Below, one piece after another: positions 48,822 through 59,182 of a DNA stretch of 64,000 bases. The notes under the pieces are model-generated. The model saw only the letters and a program-made list of their open reading frames with translations, was not told the origin of the DNA and made no database searches. The stretch comes from an uncultured virus (IMG/VR IMGVR_UViG_3300033121_000366) (lineage: Duplodnaviria; Heunggongvirae; Uroviricota; Caudoviricetes). The stretch is from IMG/VR virus record IMGVR_UViG_3300033121_000366; one strand, given 5' to 3'. Numbering within the stretch: position 1 is the first letter of the stretch; each line of letters starts with the position of its first letter. Both the position numbers and the translations under genes were made by a program.

Positions 48822-50153
48822 TTATCGAGTTAAATCTTCAAAAGAAGAATCGGAACTAAAATATGTTCCAGATTCCATTTTTTCAGTTATTCTCATATGT
48901 TCATAATCTATATGAAAATGTTTTCTATCTTCGCTAGTGGTAGCATCTCTCAATGCTAATGCTTTTAAGATATAAGTATTTTCTAATTTTTGCATTTCAT
49001 CTTGCATAATTCCAAAAACAGCATCGGCTGTATGTGCAATACCCATAGATTCTGAGATACTTTCAATGGTAATATCATTTGAATTAACTGCCGCTCTATT
49101 AACTTGAGTAACTGTAACTATGCACCAATTATTTCTGGTTGCCATACCCCTCAAATCTTCTGCTATTCTTTTTATTTTCAAATATGTACTATCTGAATTT
49201 GGATTTCTCCAATCCTGCATTAAATTGATATAGTCTATAACTATCAATTCAAATTTTTCACCCTTTGCTTCCTCTAATTTTTGTAAATATCTCTCTACAT
49301 CTGGTACACCAGTAGTCGATGCTGGATATTCCTTTACTATTAATTTACCTGGTATTGCTGTTAATACATCTAAAGTAATATTTTCTAATTTATCCTTTAT
49401 TCTTGTTTCTTGTTCTGCATAAGAATAATATGTACTTATAGGTATATTTAATAAATTAGATCCTAATCTTTTAATTACACCTCTATCTCTTAATTCAAAT
49501 GAAACATATGATGTATTGATACCAGATTTTACAGCATTAACTGCTAAATTACTTAGCCATATTGATTTACCAATCTTACTTTTACCTGCAAAAACAACCA
49601 ATGTTTTTCTTTGTAATCCACCACCCAGACATTGATCTATAAATGGATATCCGGAAGAAAATGTATCATTTATTAATTGTTTATGACTAGCTGTATCAAA
49701 AAAATCTAATCCTAAATCAAAATCTAAATTTATATTATTTCTGGTTAATATAGTATCTTTTACTGTTTGTACAACTTTTTTAATATTGGTTGAATCAACT
49801 TTTGTCGATTGTAAATAATCCGAAGTATCTACTATACTAGTTACTAATGTTTGATATTCTATCCAAAATTCTATAGTTTCATCTACCCAATTATTATCAT
49901 ATTCATTTATATCCAAATCAAATATAGAATCTAATTTTGATTCCGTAATATCCTTTATATTTCTTTGATTTATGATTTGAAATAATTGTTGTTTTGTTGG
50001 TACATTTTTATATTTTAAAGTAAATTCTTTATCTAATTTAAAGATTATTTTAATATCATTATTACTAAAATATTGTGGATCAGTTAAATTATAAAAATCA
50101 ATCTTTTTACGTATAGCATGGTATAAAATTTTCTCTTGGGAAACATCTAACAT
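48822..50153 (-). CDS. gp41: replicative DnaB-like helicase (T4 gp41-like)
   Basis: GKSKIGKS, IVIDYINL, AEDLRG.A, TQVNR, SESMG..HTAD. Confidence 0.95.
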   Translation of the reverse strand: MLDVSQEKILYHAIRKKIDFYNLTDPQYFSNNDIKIIFKLDKEFTLKYKNVPTKQQLFQIINQRNIKDITESKLDSIFDLDINEYDNNWVDETIEFWIEYQTLVTSIVDTSDYLQSTKVDSTNIKKVVQTVKDTILTRNNINLDFDLGLDFFDTASHKQLINDTFSSGYPFIDQCLGGGLQRKTLVVFAGKSKIGKSIWLSNLAVNAVKSGINTSYVSFELRDRGVIKRLGSNLLNIPISTYYSYAEQETRIKDKLENITLDVLTAIPGKLIVKEYPASTTGVPDVERYLQKLEEAKGEKFELIVIDYINLMQDWRNPNSDSTYLKIKRIAEDLRGMATRNNWCIVTVTQVNRAAVNSNDITIESISESMGIAHTADAVFGIMQDEMQKLENTYILKALALRDATTSEDRKHFHIDYEHMRITEKMESGTYFSSDSSFEDLTR

Positions 50154-50167
50154 ATTTTTTCTTTCAA

Positions 50168-50350
50168 TTAATTTGGTAATAAATCGTGTCTTAACAAGAA
50201 TTCGTAAATATCATTTTTATTAAATCTATATAATAAATGATATAATAATTCTTCATCACTCAAAACTAAATCATCAACATGTAAATTTAATTCTTCTTTA
50301 CAAACATGACCACAATTTGGACATTCACATTCAATATCAATTGTTTTCAT
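50168..50350 (-). CDS. small protein with CPNCG
   Basis: Packed ORF. Confidence 0.55.
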   Translation of the reverse strand: MKTIDIECECPNCGHVCKEELNLHVDDLVLSDEELLYHLLYRFNKNDIYEFLLRHDLLPN

Positions 50351-50909
50351 AATAAAAAATATTTTCTATATTTTTATAACCATGCTCTATTAAAAGTTTT
50401 TTGGCATGATTTATTCCATTATAATCATTTTCTATAATTATAATACAATCTTCACTAATATGTGGTATAAATTTTTGTAAAATTGATGTTTTGAAATCAT
50501 TAAATGGTTCTCTAGCTGAATACCCACCACCATTTAATATTAAAATATTAACTTTTATATCATCGTCAACTATTAATTCTGGTTTAGAACTACTAAAATT
50601 ATACAACTTATATGTTCCATTCATTATAGAAGCCCATTCTGAAAAAATGAATGTGTAATCACTATTTGGTGGATAAGTGTGTGAAAAACCTATAGGTCCA
50701 TTAGGAAATAATTCACCATCTTCTATAAATCTAGATTCTAAATGTATTGTGACATTTTTAATTTCTATTATATTTGACTTTTTATCATTAAAACCTTTTT
50801 CAATCAAAAAATCAAATATTTTATGAAATATACTACCATAATAATCATCTAATTCATTTTCTATGGTATCTCTTATACGATTAATATGTTCAATATTATT
50901 TATTTCCAT
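50337..50909 (-). CDS. hypothetical protein
   Basis: 190-aa ORF. Confidence 0.65.
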   Translation of the reverse strand: MEINNIEHINRIRDTIENELDDYYGSIFHKIFDFLIEKGFNDKKSNIIEIKNVTIHLESRFIEDGELFPNGPIGFSHTYPPNSDYTFIFSEWASIMNGTYKLYNFSSSKPELIVDDDIKVNILILNGGGYSAREPFNDFKTSILQKFIPHISEDCIIIIENDYNGINHAKKLLIEHGYKNIENIFYYENN

Positions 50910-51193
50910 GGATGGTCAATTAATTTATAATTATTAGTCTTTTTATTATTTTGTACGTTTAATATGTAATTTTGTTTAATTAAAATACGTAATAAATTTT
51001 CTAATTTATCATTATCAATTTTAAATGATAATGAATGTTTAATATGATTTAATGTTACTTCTTTATCACTTAAAATATCATCATCATTTGACAACTCATA
51101 TAAAAGATCTGTTGCTGTTGGTTCTTCATTTAAACTTTTATAAACGTTTAAATGATATTTTAATTCTAATTTATCTTTATTTATTGGTTCCAT
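50900..51193 (-). CDS. putative winged-helix protein
   Basis: Helical core followed by beta-hairpin-like C-terminus. Confidence 0.5.
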   Translation of the reverse strand: MEPINKDKLELKYHLNVYKSLNEEPTATDLLYELSNDDDILSDKEVTLNHIKHSLSFKIDNDKLENLLRILIKQNYILNVQNNKKTNNYKLIDHPWK

Positions 51194-51194
51194 T

Positions 51195-52058
51195 TTAATA
51201 TCTACTAGGAGTATTTGTTGGAAATGTAGGTTTTTTAGGATATAATGGAAATCCTATCTCTGATAAATCTATAGTATTTGAAACTCTTGTGCCAGAATTA
51301 AATTTAGTTTTATATTTTTTAGATTCTGGTAATATTAAATCATTCATCCTTATAAATTCTGGCGATTCGGTATTTATAAATTTATCATATTTTATTTTTT
51401 TAATATATTCAAAATCATTTAAGTTTTTTATACCAAAAAAATATAAAAATGCTGAACCAAAAAGTACTAATAAAACAAACGGTTGTATAGGTGGTGGCAT
51501 ATTAAGTATGAATATTATAAATAGTATATTAAATCCAATTAAAAGTAATGATGATATTTTTTTAATATCATTTATAGTTTTATCAAATTTATTTTGATCG
51601 TTTTCTATTCTTTTTTCCCAATCGTACAGATGAACTTCATTAGATATCAATATAATATTTTTATCCTCATCATTTAAATCTGAAAAGGAAATATCATACA
51701 TTTCTTGTTCTCCAAAATAATGTTTAACATTATCCATCTCTCTTTTATATGAATCTGTTAAGTATGGTCTAATTGGTACTGGAATAGATCTTCCCATATT
51801 TAGTTTTTCTTCTATTAATCTAATATTCCTATCATTTTCTTCCTGCTCTTTTCTTTTTAAGAAAGAATCAGACTCTTCTTTTATCTCTGGAGGAATCAGG
51901 AGTTGATCTTTATAATTATGTTTAGATGATAATGATACAAGTTCTGTTTTATCATCTATAAAAACTGATATAATACCAGCTTCTTCTGTAATATATTCGG
52001 TTTCCTTCTGTAAGGCACTAATAGGTATATCTAAAAATGAACTTATAGATTTAGACAT
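51195..52058 (-). CDS. membrane protein, 2 TM
   Basis: Hydrophobic hairpin at about aa 168-210. Confidence 0.65.
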   Translation of the reverse strand: MSKSISSFLDIPISALQKETEYITEEAGIISVFIDDKTELVSLSSKHNYKDQLLIPPEIKEESDSFLKRKEQEENDRNIRLIEEKLNMGRSIPVPIRPYLTDSYKREMDNVKHYFGEQEMYDISFSDLNDEDKNIILISNEVHLYDWEKRIENDQNKFDKTINDIKKISSLLLIGFNILFIIFILNMPPPIQPFVLLVLFGSAFLYFFGIKNLNDFEYIKKIKYDKFINTESPEFIRMNDLILPESKKYKTKFNSGTRVSNTIDLSEIGFPLYPKKPTFPTNTPSRY

Positions 52059-52062
52059 AAAA

Positions 52063-53520
52063 TCAACTTTTTAATAAAATATCATCATCGTCATAATCTA
52101 ATATTTCACCAGTTTCTGTATTAATACCGATAATCTCATCTATTTCTTCCATCTGAGCTTTCATTGGATCAGGAAACTCAAAAATAACTTTTATCTTTTC
52201 ATCCAATTTACGAAGAACTTCATCTGTAAAAATAGTAGAAGACCAAAGTTCTTTAGCTTTAATATGTTTATTTAAATGCTCTATTGCATAATATTTTGGC
52301 GTTTCTGATGTATCTTCTTGATATACACCATCTATAAGTTTGCCTTTACCAATACCACACGTTTTATAATCTACATAATTTTCTAATCCAACATAAGGGT
52401 TCATACCTTTCAAGAAAGAGATATGAAATTTAATTGGAATTTCTCTTGTAAATCTAGACTTCTTTAATTTAGAAGTAACTATAATACCTGTTTTAGTTAC
52501 ATTATCTTCTTTTAATTGAGCCTTAGATAGCATTAGTGTTACTGACGGATTATATTCAGCACCGCCACCACCACCAATAACATCTTGTGTTATAAAACTA
52601 CCAATATCTTTATGTGTATGATTAGTAATTACACAAGGTATTTTTAAAATACCAAAATCTCTAATCATAACTCTAAATAATTTTTTAATTTCTGCTGGTC
52701 TTGTCATATCTTTTTTATCAGCACCACTTAGAGTATCAGCTTTTTCTTTTGAAGTAGAAAGATTACCTAATGAATCTAAAACAACAAATATTTTTGGCAT
52801 TTCTCCGCCACTTTTACGTTGAATATTTAATTGTTCTGCAATATTTCTCAATAAGTTTATAGCCATACTAATATCATCCACTGGTTGATAATCGACCAGT
52901 TCTGAATTAATACCAAAACGTTCCATCATATCAATATCAACTGCATTTTCAGTATCTATCCAAATGATATAATATCCCATTTTTTGGGCTTCTCTGGCAG
53001 AATTCAATGCTAAATATGTTTTACCTGTATTGTGTGATGATATACCCATATTATCAAAACCTGTACCTGCCCAATATCTATGATTTTCATGCTCAACTTC
53101 AAAATCATATACTATTTCTTTATCATTATTAGTTACAATATCAATAATTTTTTCTAATCCATTTTTAGTAAGAATATTATCACCTATAGATAATTCATCT
53201 GCATGATACCAACCATTATCAGTTTCTATCAAATGATCATTTGAACATGAAAGTTTATTTTTATAATTTTCTGTAAAAATATTTTTAATAACTCTTTCAT
53301 TTTTTATCCAAAAATCACCAATTGATTGGTAACCATCAGGTGTATCAATTATTATCTCATCTTCTTTATGATTATAAATTAAATCTTTTATTGGTATTGT
53401 TTGTTTATTTTTTTCTATTATACCATAAAAATCATTTTTAATGCAATCTAAATCATGTATAACATAATGAGGATTATAATATAATATCTCATTCAACATC
53501 TCTTGTTCTGTAAAATTCAT
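52063..53520 (-). CDS. uvsX: UvsX/RecA recombinase C-terminal fragment fused to split-intein C-half
   Basis: ISSHN|TGKT; IDTENA, VVLDSLGNL, DMTR, TNH, GGG.G..Y, KSRF. Confidence 0.93.
   Translation of the reverse strand: MNFTEQEMLNEILYYNPHYVIHDLDCIKNDFYGIIEKNKQTIPIKDLIYNHKEDEIIIDTPDGYQSIGDFWIKNERVIKNIFTENYKNKLSCSNDHLIETDNGWYHADELSIGDNILTKNGLEKIIDIVTNNDKEIVYDFEVEHENHRYWAGTGFDNMGISSHNTGKTYLALNSAREAQKMGYYIIWIDTENAVDIDMMERFGINSELVDYQPVDDISMAINLLRNIAEQLNIQRKSGGEMPKIFVVLDSLGNLSTSKEKADTLSGADKKDMTRPAEIKKLFRVMIRDFGILKIPCVITNHTHKDIGSFITQDVIGGGGGAEYNPSVTLMLSKAQLKEDNVTKTGIIVTSKLKKSRFTREIPIKFHISFLKGMNPYVGLENYVDYKTCGIGKGKLIDGVYQEDTSETPKYYAIEHLNKHIKAKELWSSTIFTDEVLRKLDEKIKVIFEFPDPMKAQMEEIDEIIGINTETGEILDYDDDDILLKS
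53029..53520 (-). mobile_element. split intein C-half (up to 164 aa) of UvsX
   Basis: TPDGY, block B CSNDHLI, block F VYDFEV, SHN then Thr+1. Confidence 0.92.
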
Positions 53521-54757
53521 TTTTTATTTCCTTTAATATAAAATTTAATTTATCAAATTTTTCATAATCATAAATAACATAATATTTATAATTATTGTTT
53601 AATGCACAATATTTTTTAAGAGTTTCTTTTTTTATTGTTTCGTAATAATTATCTTTAGAATATGGATGTTTCCATACATTTTTTTCATCTTCTGTTAATA
53701 GAAGTGATGGATGTACATGCGAGCCATTATATTCTATAATAATTTTTAATTCTGGTATACAAAAATCATAAAAATATATTTTATCATCTATATTTAAAAA
53801 AATTTCAGAATCTTTATATAAGTATATCAAATCTAAATTTAATTCTTTTATTATAATATCAAAATATTTAACTGATTCGTTTGAATAAAATCTTACATTA
53901 TTATTTCTAAATTTTTTCAAAGCTATAGATGTTTTTTCTTCTATAGTTTTATTTTTCATTTTTTCAACCCATTTAGATTGTCTATCATAGAATTTTTTTG
54001 TACCTTCAATTTCACCATATTTAAGAATACATTTTTCTAAAGTAAATGTCGATTGTCTATCAATCAATAATTTATAAGCTTTTTCTATATCATTATCAGC
54101 ATATTGCATCCAATATTCAAGAGTTGTATTATATTGAATTTTATAATTATGATTTATTTTATTATTTTCTTTTCTTGATGCTGAACCTATAGATTGTCTT
54201 TTTTTAAGTTGTAATTTAGCTTCATCTATAGTATAAAATATACCAGTAATTGGATTTATTTTATCTAAAAAATAATCATATCTTAATGATGAACCTTTTT
54301 TTAAATTTATATTTTTTATTTCAACATCAGAATATTTAGAATTAAATGTATTATTCATTTTTGTATGAATATCATCGTATAATTCTTTTCTTTTTATAAT
54401 AGCATCATAATAACTCAAAGAGTATTTTTTTTGAATTTTTTCTATACTCAAAGTTTTTTGCAATTTACTAATCAATTCGGAACCTTCACTAATAGAATAA
54501 CCTCTATTAATATAAAAATCTATAGATTTATTGGACATTATAGGTTCAAATCCTAATAATCTCATATCAAATCTAGATAATAAAGTTATTTCTTTAGATT
54601 TATATTTACCATATAAATCTAAATATTTAACATACTTATCATTTAAAAAATCTAAATTATTAGTATTTAATATACTATACATCTTATTTAATTCCTTTAC
54701 AAAGGAATCAAAAGTTAATGCATAATCATTATCAAAAAATATTTTCTTTCTATTCAT
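53489..54757 (-). CDS. free-standing Vsr-like (EDxHD/Hef-type) homing endonuclease
   Basis: RQSTFTLEKCILKYGEIEG repeat; FYDF..IIIEYNGSHVH. Confidence 0.82.
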   Translation of the reverse strand: MNRKKIFFDNDYALTFDSFVKELNKMYSILNTNNLDFLNDKYVKYLDLYGKYKSKEITLLSRFDMRLLGFEPIMSNKSIDFYINRGYSISEGSELISKLQKTLSIEKIQKKYSLSYYDAIIKRKELYDDIHTKMNNTFNSKYSDVEIKNINLKKGSSLRYDYFLDKINPITGIFYTIDEAKLQLKKRQSIGSASRKENNKINHNYKIQYNTTLEYWMQYADNDIEKAYKLLIDRQSTFTLEKCILKYGEIEGTKKFYDRQSKWVEKMKNKTIEEKTSIALKKFRNNNVRFYSNESVKYFDIIIKELNLDLIYLYKDSEIFLNIDDKIYFYDFCIPELKIIIEYNGSHVHPSLLLTEDEKNVWKHPYSKDNYYETIKKETLKKYCALNNNYKYYVIYDYEKFDKLNFILKEIKNEFYRTRDVE

Positions 54758-54758
54758 A

Positions 54759-54792
54759 TTAACTTTTTTATTTTATATATTAAAAAAGTTAA
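54759..54792 (-). promoter_or_regulatory. AATATATA motif in hairpin abutting endonuclease ATG
   Basis: TTAACTTTTTTA/TAAAAAAGTTAA 12-bp stem. Confidence 0.65.
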
Positions 54793-54801
54793 CCAGAATG
54801 T

Positions 54802-55101
54802 CTAGCTTTCAGTATTTATTTTTCTATCTCTTTTCAAAGTTTTCATTATATAACAATCAATTGTTTCACTACCAGGTAAACATCCACTTTGACCAGCAAT
54901 CATAGTAACTCTACCTTCTGGTATACCTCTAAAAAGACTTCCAGTTACTTGTGCATTTAATAAATAATTACCTAATGGAATCCACGCATTAATTTTACTA
55001 AATGGATTATTTTTTAGCACTGAACTTTCTGGATTGATTTTTGTCAAATGATTGCAAAATGTTGCAAAAGAAAATGGTGCACTTTCTGTTCTTTTAGCCA
55101 T
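54802..55101 (-). CDS. uvsX: UvsX N-terminal fragment fused to 26-aa split-intein N-half
   Basis: GNYLLNA..TG...GIPEGRVTMIAGQSG|CLPGSETI. Confidence 0.92.
   Translation of the reverse strand: MAKRTESAPFSFATFCNHLTKINPESSVLKNNPFSKINAWIPLGNYLLNAQVTGSLFRGIPEGRVTMIAGQSGCLPGSETIDCYIMKTLKRDRKINTES
54805..54882 (-). mobile_element. split intein N-half (26 aa) of UvsX
   Basis: Cys1 block A CLPGSETIDCYI inside Walker A. Confidence 0.88.
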
Positions 55102-55103
55102 AA

Positions 55104-55397
55104 TTATTTCTTTGTATATTGTTCGTTATTAAATGTGCCAATTTTTTTGGCAATGTTATTATATTTTTCAGTAAGAAACGTGTGTATCAAGCTCTCCATA
55201 GCTTCATCTTCTGTATTATAGAATAAACTATACTCATTCATTATAAACCAAAACCATGACTGTTCTAATGGATGAAAATTTAAATATCCTATAACACCTT
55301 TTCTTGATTCTTCTCGAACTATTATAAGTCCGTCATGTATTTTAGCTTTTTCAAATTTTAAGTTTGAAGTTGGTCCTGTAGTAATTATATTATTCAT
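55104..55397 (-). CDS. hypothetical protein
   Basis: Packed ORF. Confidence 0.6.
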   Translation of the reverse strand: MNNIITTGPTSNLKFEKAKIHDGLIIVREESRKGVIGYLNFHPLEQSWFWFIMNEYSLFYNTEDEAMESLIHTFLTEKYNNIAKKIGTFNNEQYTKK

Positions 55398-55594
55398 TTT
55401 TTATCATATGTAATAAAACTGTTAGCAATAGAAAAAATAAGGTTAATATTCCCCAAAATGCAAATCCACCCCCAAAACGGTAATGTAACATACCACCAAG
55501 ACCAATCAATAACATTACATAATTTTAAAATTACGAATGCTATACCTAACAAACCAAATATACTTATACCAGATTGTGTTATATTTTTACTCAT
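55394..55594 (-). CDS. small membrane protein
   Basis: GLL.IAFVILKL..VIDWSWW.V..P.W motif. Confidence 0.7.
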   Translation of the reverse strand: MSKNITQSGISIFGLLGIAFVILKLCNVIDWSWWYVTLPFWGWICILGNINLIFSIANSFITYDKK

Positions 55595-55605
55595 ATATTT
55601 TTAAA

Positions 55606-55956
55606 TTAAATTCCTAAATCATCTCTTAAACGTCGTATTTCATCATCTGTATGTTTATTTGCTGCTATTAGATTAGCATCAATTTTCGCATCTAATTTTT
55701 TAATTTCTTTTTTAATATCTTCTATATCAGTTACTAAATTTTCAAATTTATCATCCACCGCAGTGAATTTAGTATTCATTTGACCATTCAAATCAGAAAT
55801 TTTCGTATTTATATATGATATAATCCAATTTATAAAAATAATTATATCCTTTATTAAGGGGCCAATATATGCACTTGGATATTTTTTATCGGCACCATCA
55901 CCTTCGGTTATCGGTTTATATTTTGTTAAAAAATCATCGACATTGAAATTTTCCAT
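55606..55956 (-). CDS. coiled-coil hypothetical protein
   Basis: ORF. Confidence 0.65.
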   Translation of the reverse strand: MENFNVDDFLTKYKPITEGDGADKKYPSAYIGPLIKDIIIFINWIISYINTKISDLNGQMNTKFTAVDDKFENLVTDIEDIKKEIKKLDAKIDANLIAANKHTDDEIRRLRDDLGI

Positions 55957-55964
55957 AACACTTA

Positions 55965-56753
55965 TTATTTTTTATACATTGCATCATCTATATAATAATC
56001 TTCTACTGTTGGTATGTTTACTTGTACATAATCCGATATTTTTTGTTTAAATAAATCTATATTTTTATCAGTTTCATCTGTTTTGATTATAGATTTAATA
56101 ATAAAATTACAAGTTGTAAATTTATTTTTAATTATTTCAATATCAGAAATAGATTCGAAACCTGTATAATGATATAATATATTTACTTTTTTACCAGTAT
56201 TCAATTTATATTTATTACAATAATTAACAATCTTTTGTAATCTTAAATATAAGATACCATGATTTTTAAACATATCATTTCTATCTTTATCATTCAAAGA
56301 TGTTATATTGAAAAATAAATTAAAATCTTTATATTTTAAAGACATATTTAAAATTCTACTTAAAATATCTGGATATTCTACTCCAACAGTATAAAGATTA
56401 AATGTAAAATTTAAATTTTTACAATACTCTACAAATCTTTCAACCTCTACCCAATTCATCATTGGTTCACCACTACATAAATTATCAATTTCTACTCTTG
56501 AATATTTTTCATTTGTATTTTTAACAGAATCCAAAACAGTATTTAATTGCTGTTTCATTTCATCTAATGTTAAATTTCTATAAAAGGAATTACCAAACTT
56601 ACAATATTTACAACCTATAACACATCCTGATTGTACAGATATTGATATTTTTAATGTATCATTAACAATATAAGCAAATGATGTATTATTTTGTTTTTTT
56701 TCTATATCTAAAATTACTGGTTTAATAATTTCATTATTTTTATTGAGATTCAT
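55965..56753 (-). CDS. radical SAM protein, RlmN/Cfr-like but divergent (probable start MNLNKNN)
   Basis: SVQSGCVIGCKYC, RNLT..E, GEPM.N. Confidence 0.75.
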   Translation of the reverse strand: MNLNKNNEIIKPVILDIEKKQNNTSFAYIVNDTLKISISVQSGCVIGCKYCKFGNSFYRNLTLDEMKQQLNTVLDSVKNTNEKYSRVEIDNLCSGEPMMNWVEVERFVEYCKNLNFTFNLYTVGVEYPDILSRILNMSLKYKDFNLFFNITSLNDKDRNDMFKNHGILYLRLQKIVNYCNKYKLNTGKKVNILYHYTGFESISDIEIIKNKFTTCNFIIKSIIKTDETDKNIDLFKQKISDYVQVNIPTVEDYYIDDAMYKK

Positions 56754-57015
56754 TTTGAATTTTTTTAATATTTTTAAGAATAGATGTTTTATCATTTCTG
56801 TATTCTCTTTTAAAGATTTCAAATTTATCATTTGAAATCTTATAGTCCTTTTTAAAGTCTTTAAATTCAATAGACATATCTATAATAATTTTTAACATTT
56901 TTTGCTGTTGTTCATCATTATATGATATATAATTAGATAATATCTTTCTAGTTCTATATAAAGTATAAAGAATATAAAATATTATAAATATTAATATTAT
57001 ATCTATGTATGTCAT
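56740..57015 (-). CDS. small membrane-anchored protein
   Basis: N-terminal TM helix. Confidence 0.6.
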   Translation of the reverse strand: MTYIDIILIFIIFYILYTLYRTRKILSNYISYNDEQQQKMLKIIIDMSIEFKDFKKDYKISNDKFEIFKREYRNDKTSILKNIKKIQNESQ

Positions 57016-57018
57016 ATT

Positions 57019-57993
57019 TTAAAATAAAGTTTTAACAGATACTAAATTGTATGGTATTTTTGGTTTACCTAATGCTTCCATAAATCTATTTATAGGATCT
57101 AAAATACAGTTAGAAAACATTAAATCATAATCGAAATTTGGAGCTATTTCTGCTGGAAAATTACCTTGTGCGTAGCCAAAAACTTCCCAAGATTTTGATT
57201 CATCTTTAACATAATAATATTTTATTTTGTTACCAGATTTTATCAAATTATACTTACTTTTATATTTGGAATTATTTAATTTATAATTATGTATTGCGGC
57301 AGCTTTTACATGAATTGGACATTTTGATTCTAGTTCTAAACCATTTCTATCATTCAAAACATATTTTTCATAATCATTAACATTTCTAGATAAAGAAATG
57401 TTTTCAATATTTTGTAATTTAAAATCAGATTTCAATGCTTTTATTTTATTCATAAAAACAGTTGTATCAAAATTCTTACCCTTTTCAATAATAAATTTTA
57501 TTAAACTGAATAATGATTCCCTGGCAAATGTTGGATAAGAAGATTGAGAAGTTTCAATACCTTTGGTATATATTTTTTGCTGTGGTTTATAATAAATACC
57601 ATTTTCACCACCATCTTTCCATGCCATATCCAACACATATTTTTTCTTAGAAGTCCATATACCAGCATATGATATAGATTCCATTTCAAACTCGTGCAAA
57701 TTTTCTGTATTCCATTTTTTTGCATATTTCTCATGCATTTTAATAAAATAATCATTTAATCTGTGTTTATAAACTAAACGGATGAATTCTATAGGATCTA
57801 TTTTACCATTTTTCCATTCAATGACAGAATCATATGCTTCTTCGAATGATACATAACTAGAATTATGTACAAGTATATCATTAGCTATAAATGTATGTGT
57901 ATCATCATTAATTTCTAAATCATATACATATTCATCTTCAAAATTACCTATACATTCACAACTCTCAACATCATCAAAATAATATTCAATCAT
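57019..57993 (-). CDS. gp43: DNA polymerase B (gp43) C-terminal fragment fused to split-intein C-half
   Basis: ILVHN|SSYV; FEMESI, KKKY, KGIE, PIHVKAA. Confidence 0.93.
   Translation of the reverse strand: MIEYYFDDVESCECIGNFEDEYVYDLEINDDTHTFIANDILVHNSSYVSFEEAYDSVIEWKNGKIDPIEFIRLVYKHRLNDYFIKMHEKYAKKWNTENLHEFEMESISYAGIWTSKKKYVLDMAWKDGGENGIYYKPQQKIYTKGIETSQSSYPTFARESLFSLIKFIIEKGKNFDTTVFMNKIKALKSDFKLQNIENISLSRNVNDYEKYVLNDRNGLELESKCPIHVKAAAIHNYKLNNSKYKSKYNLIKSGNKIKYYYVKDESKSWEVFGYAQGNFPAEIAPNFDYDLMFSNCILDPINRFMEALGKPKIPYNLVSVKTLF
57862..57993 (-). mobile_element. split intein C-half (44 aa) of gp43
   Basis: YVYDLEI..HTFIANDILVHN then Ser+1. Confidence 0.93.
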
Positions 57994-59129
57994 TTTATAC
58001 CTAAAGTATTATTTATAAAATCTTTAATATTTAATTTAGGAACATCAGATTCCCAAATAATATAAGTTGTTATACCATATTCTTCTTTTAGAGCAGAATA
58101 TCTAAAATTATCTTTTTCCCAAAGTTCACAAGCTTTAATATCTTTATTTAAAATCTTTAATAGAGGCATATCATTGGCTTCAAATATTTTAGGATTTCCA
58201 TGAAATAAATCACCATTATATTCTATACATATATTCAAATCTGATATATAAAAATCTAAACTTATAATCTTTTTTAAGGATTTTAATAGTATTCTTTTTT
58301 CTTTATTTTTTAAAGAATAATAAATATCTGTTATATTATATTTTTTTAATTCTGATTCTAATTTTTTAAAAAATATTTTTGATTGTTTTGAAACCGGCTG
58401 ATATTTTCTATTTGAACAAGCTTCCAATTTTTTAGATAACATATTATAATATTTTTCTTCACCTATTTCCTTACCATAAGTTTCTATGAAATATTCATAT
58501 GTTATACCAGCAGTTCTTTGTTTTTCTATATAATCATTAAATATTTTTTCACCTTTAATATCACCATGTCTTTTTTTACAATTATCTAATGTTATGGATC
58601 TTGATAAATTATATTCTTCAAATTGTTCTTTTGACCAACCATATTTATCTTTTTTATATTCGAATGTGTTGGTTTCAGATTGTTTACTACAATAATTATT
58701 CCATACTTTTAAACCTTCATCATTACCATATTTTTTAATCATATTATCTAATGTCATGGCATAACGGTCTCTTGAATTAAGAAAATCAACATCTGAAATA
58801 TCAAATGCAAATTTTGTCATATCAGACATTATATTATATACCTTAGTTTTATTGATATTTTTATAATTTTCAAAAGTATATTCCATACAAGATTGGCAAA
58901 CTGTTAAATTATATTCTTTATCATTAATTATTTTACAAGTTTTATATGTTGTACCACCATATTTAAATTCCTTTGTTTTTTTATTATAACGTACAATAGT
59001 ATTATCATAATATATTACATCATTGCACAATCTACATTGTGTAGCTGTATGATCAACATACATTTGTAAATTTTTAAATGTATTTTTATTTTTATCAATC
59101 CTGAACTGTTTTATTAATTCTAATAACAT
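57990..59129 (-). CDS. free-standing Vsr-like (EDxHD/Hef-type) homing endonuclease
   Basis: TL...KYG..EG repeats; LDFY..IEYNGDLFHGNP..WEKD..IIWESD. Confidence 0.85.
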   Translation of the reverse strand: MLLELIKQFRIDKNKNTFKNLQMYVDHTATQCRLCNDVIYYDNTIVRYNKKTKEFKYGGTTYKTCKIINDKEYNLTVCQSCMEYTFENYKNINKTKVYNIMSDMTKFAFDISDVDFLNSRDRYAMTLDNMIKKYGNDEGLKVWNNYCSKQSETNTFEYKKDKYGWSKEQFEEYNLSRSITLDNCKKRHGDIKGEKIFNDYIEKQRTAGITYEYFIETYGKEIGEEKYYNMLSKKLEACSNRKYQPVSKQSKIFFKKLESELKKYNITDIYYSLKNKEKRILLKSLKKIISLDFYISDLNICIEYNGDLFHGNPKIFEANDMPLLKILNKDIKACELWEKDNFRYSALKEEYGITTYIIWESDVPKLNIKDFINNTLGIK

Positions 59130-59165
59130 ATATAATCATTATTTTTTATTATAATGTTATATATG
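59127..59165 (-). promoter_or_regulatory. ATATATA motif in hairpin that buries the endonuclease ATG
   Basis: CATATATAA-CATTAT/ATAATG-A-TTATATATG. Confidence 0.65.
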
Positions 59166-59182
59166 CTGATACAGGATAAAAA

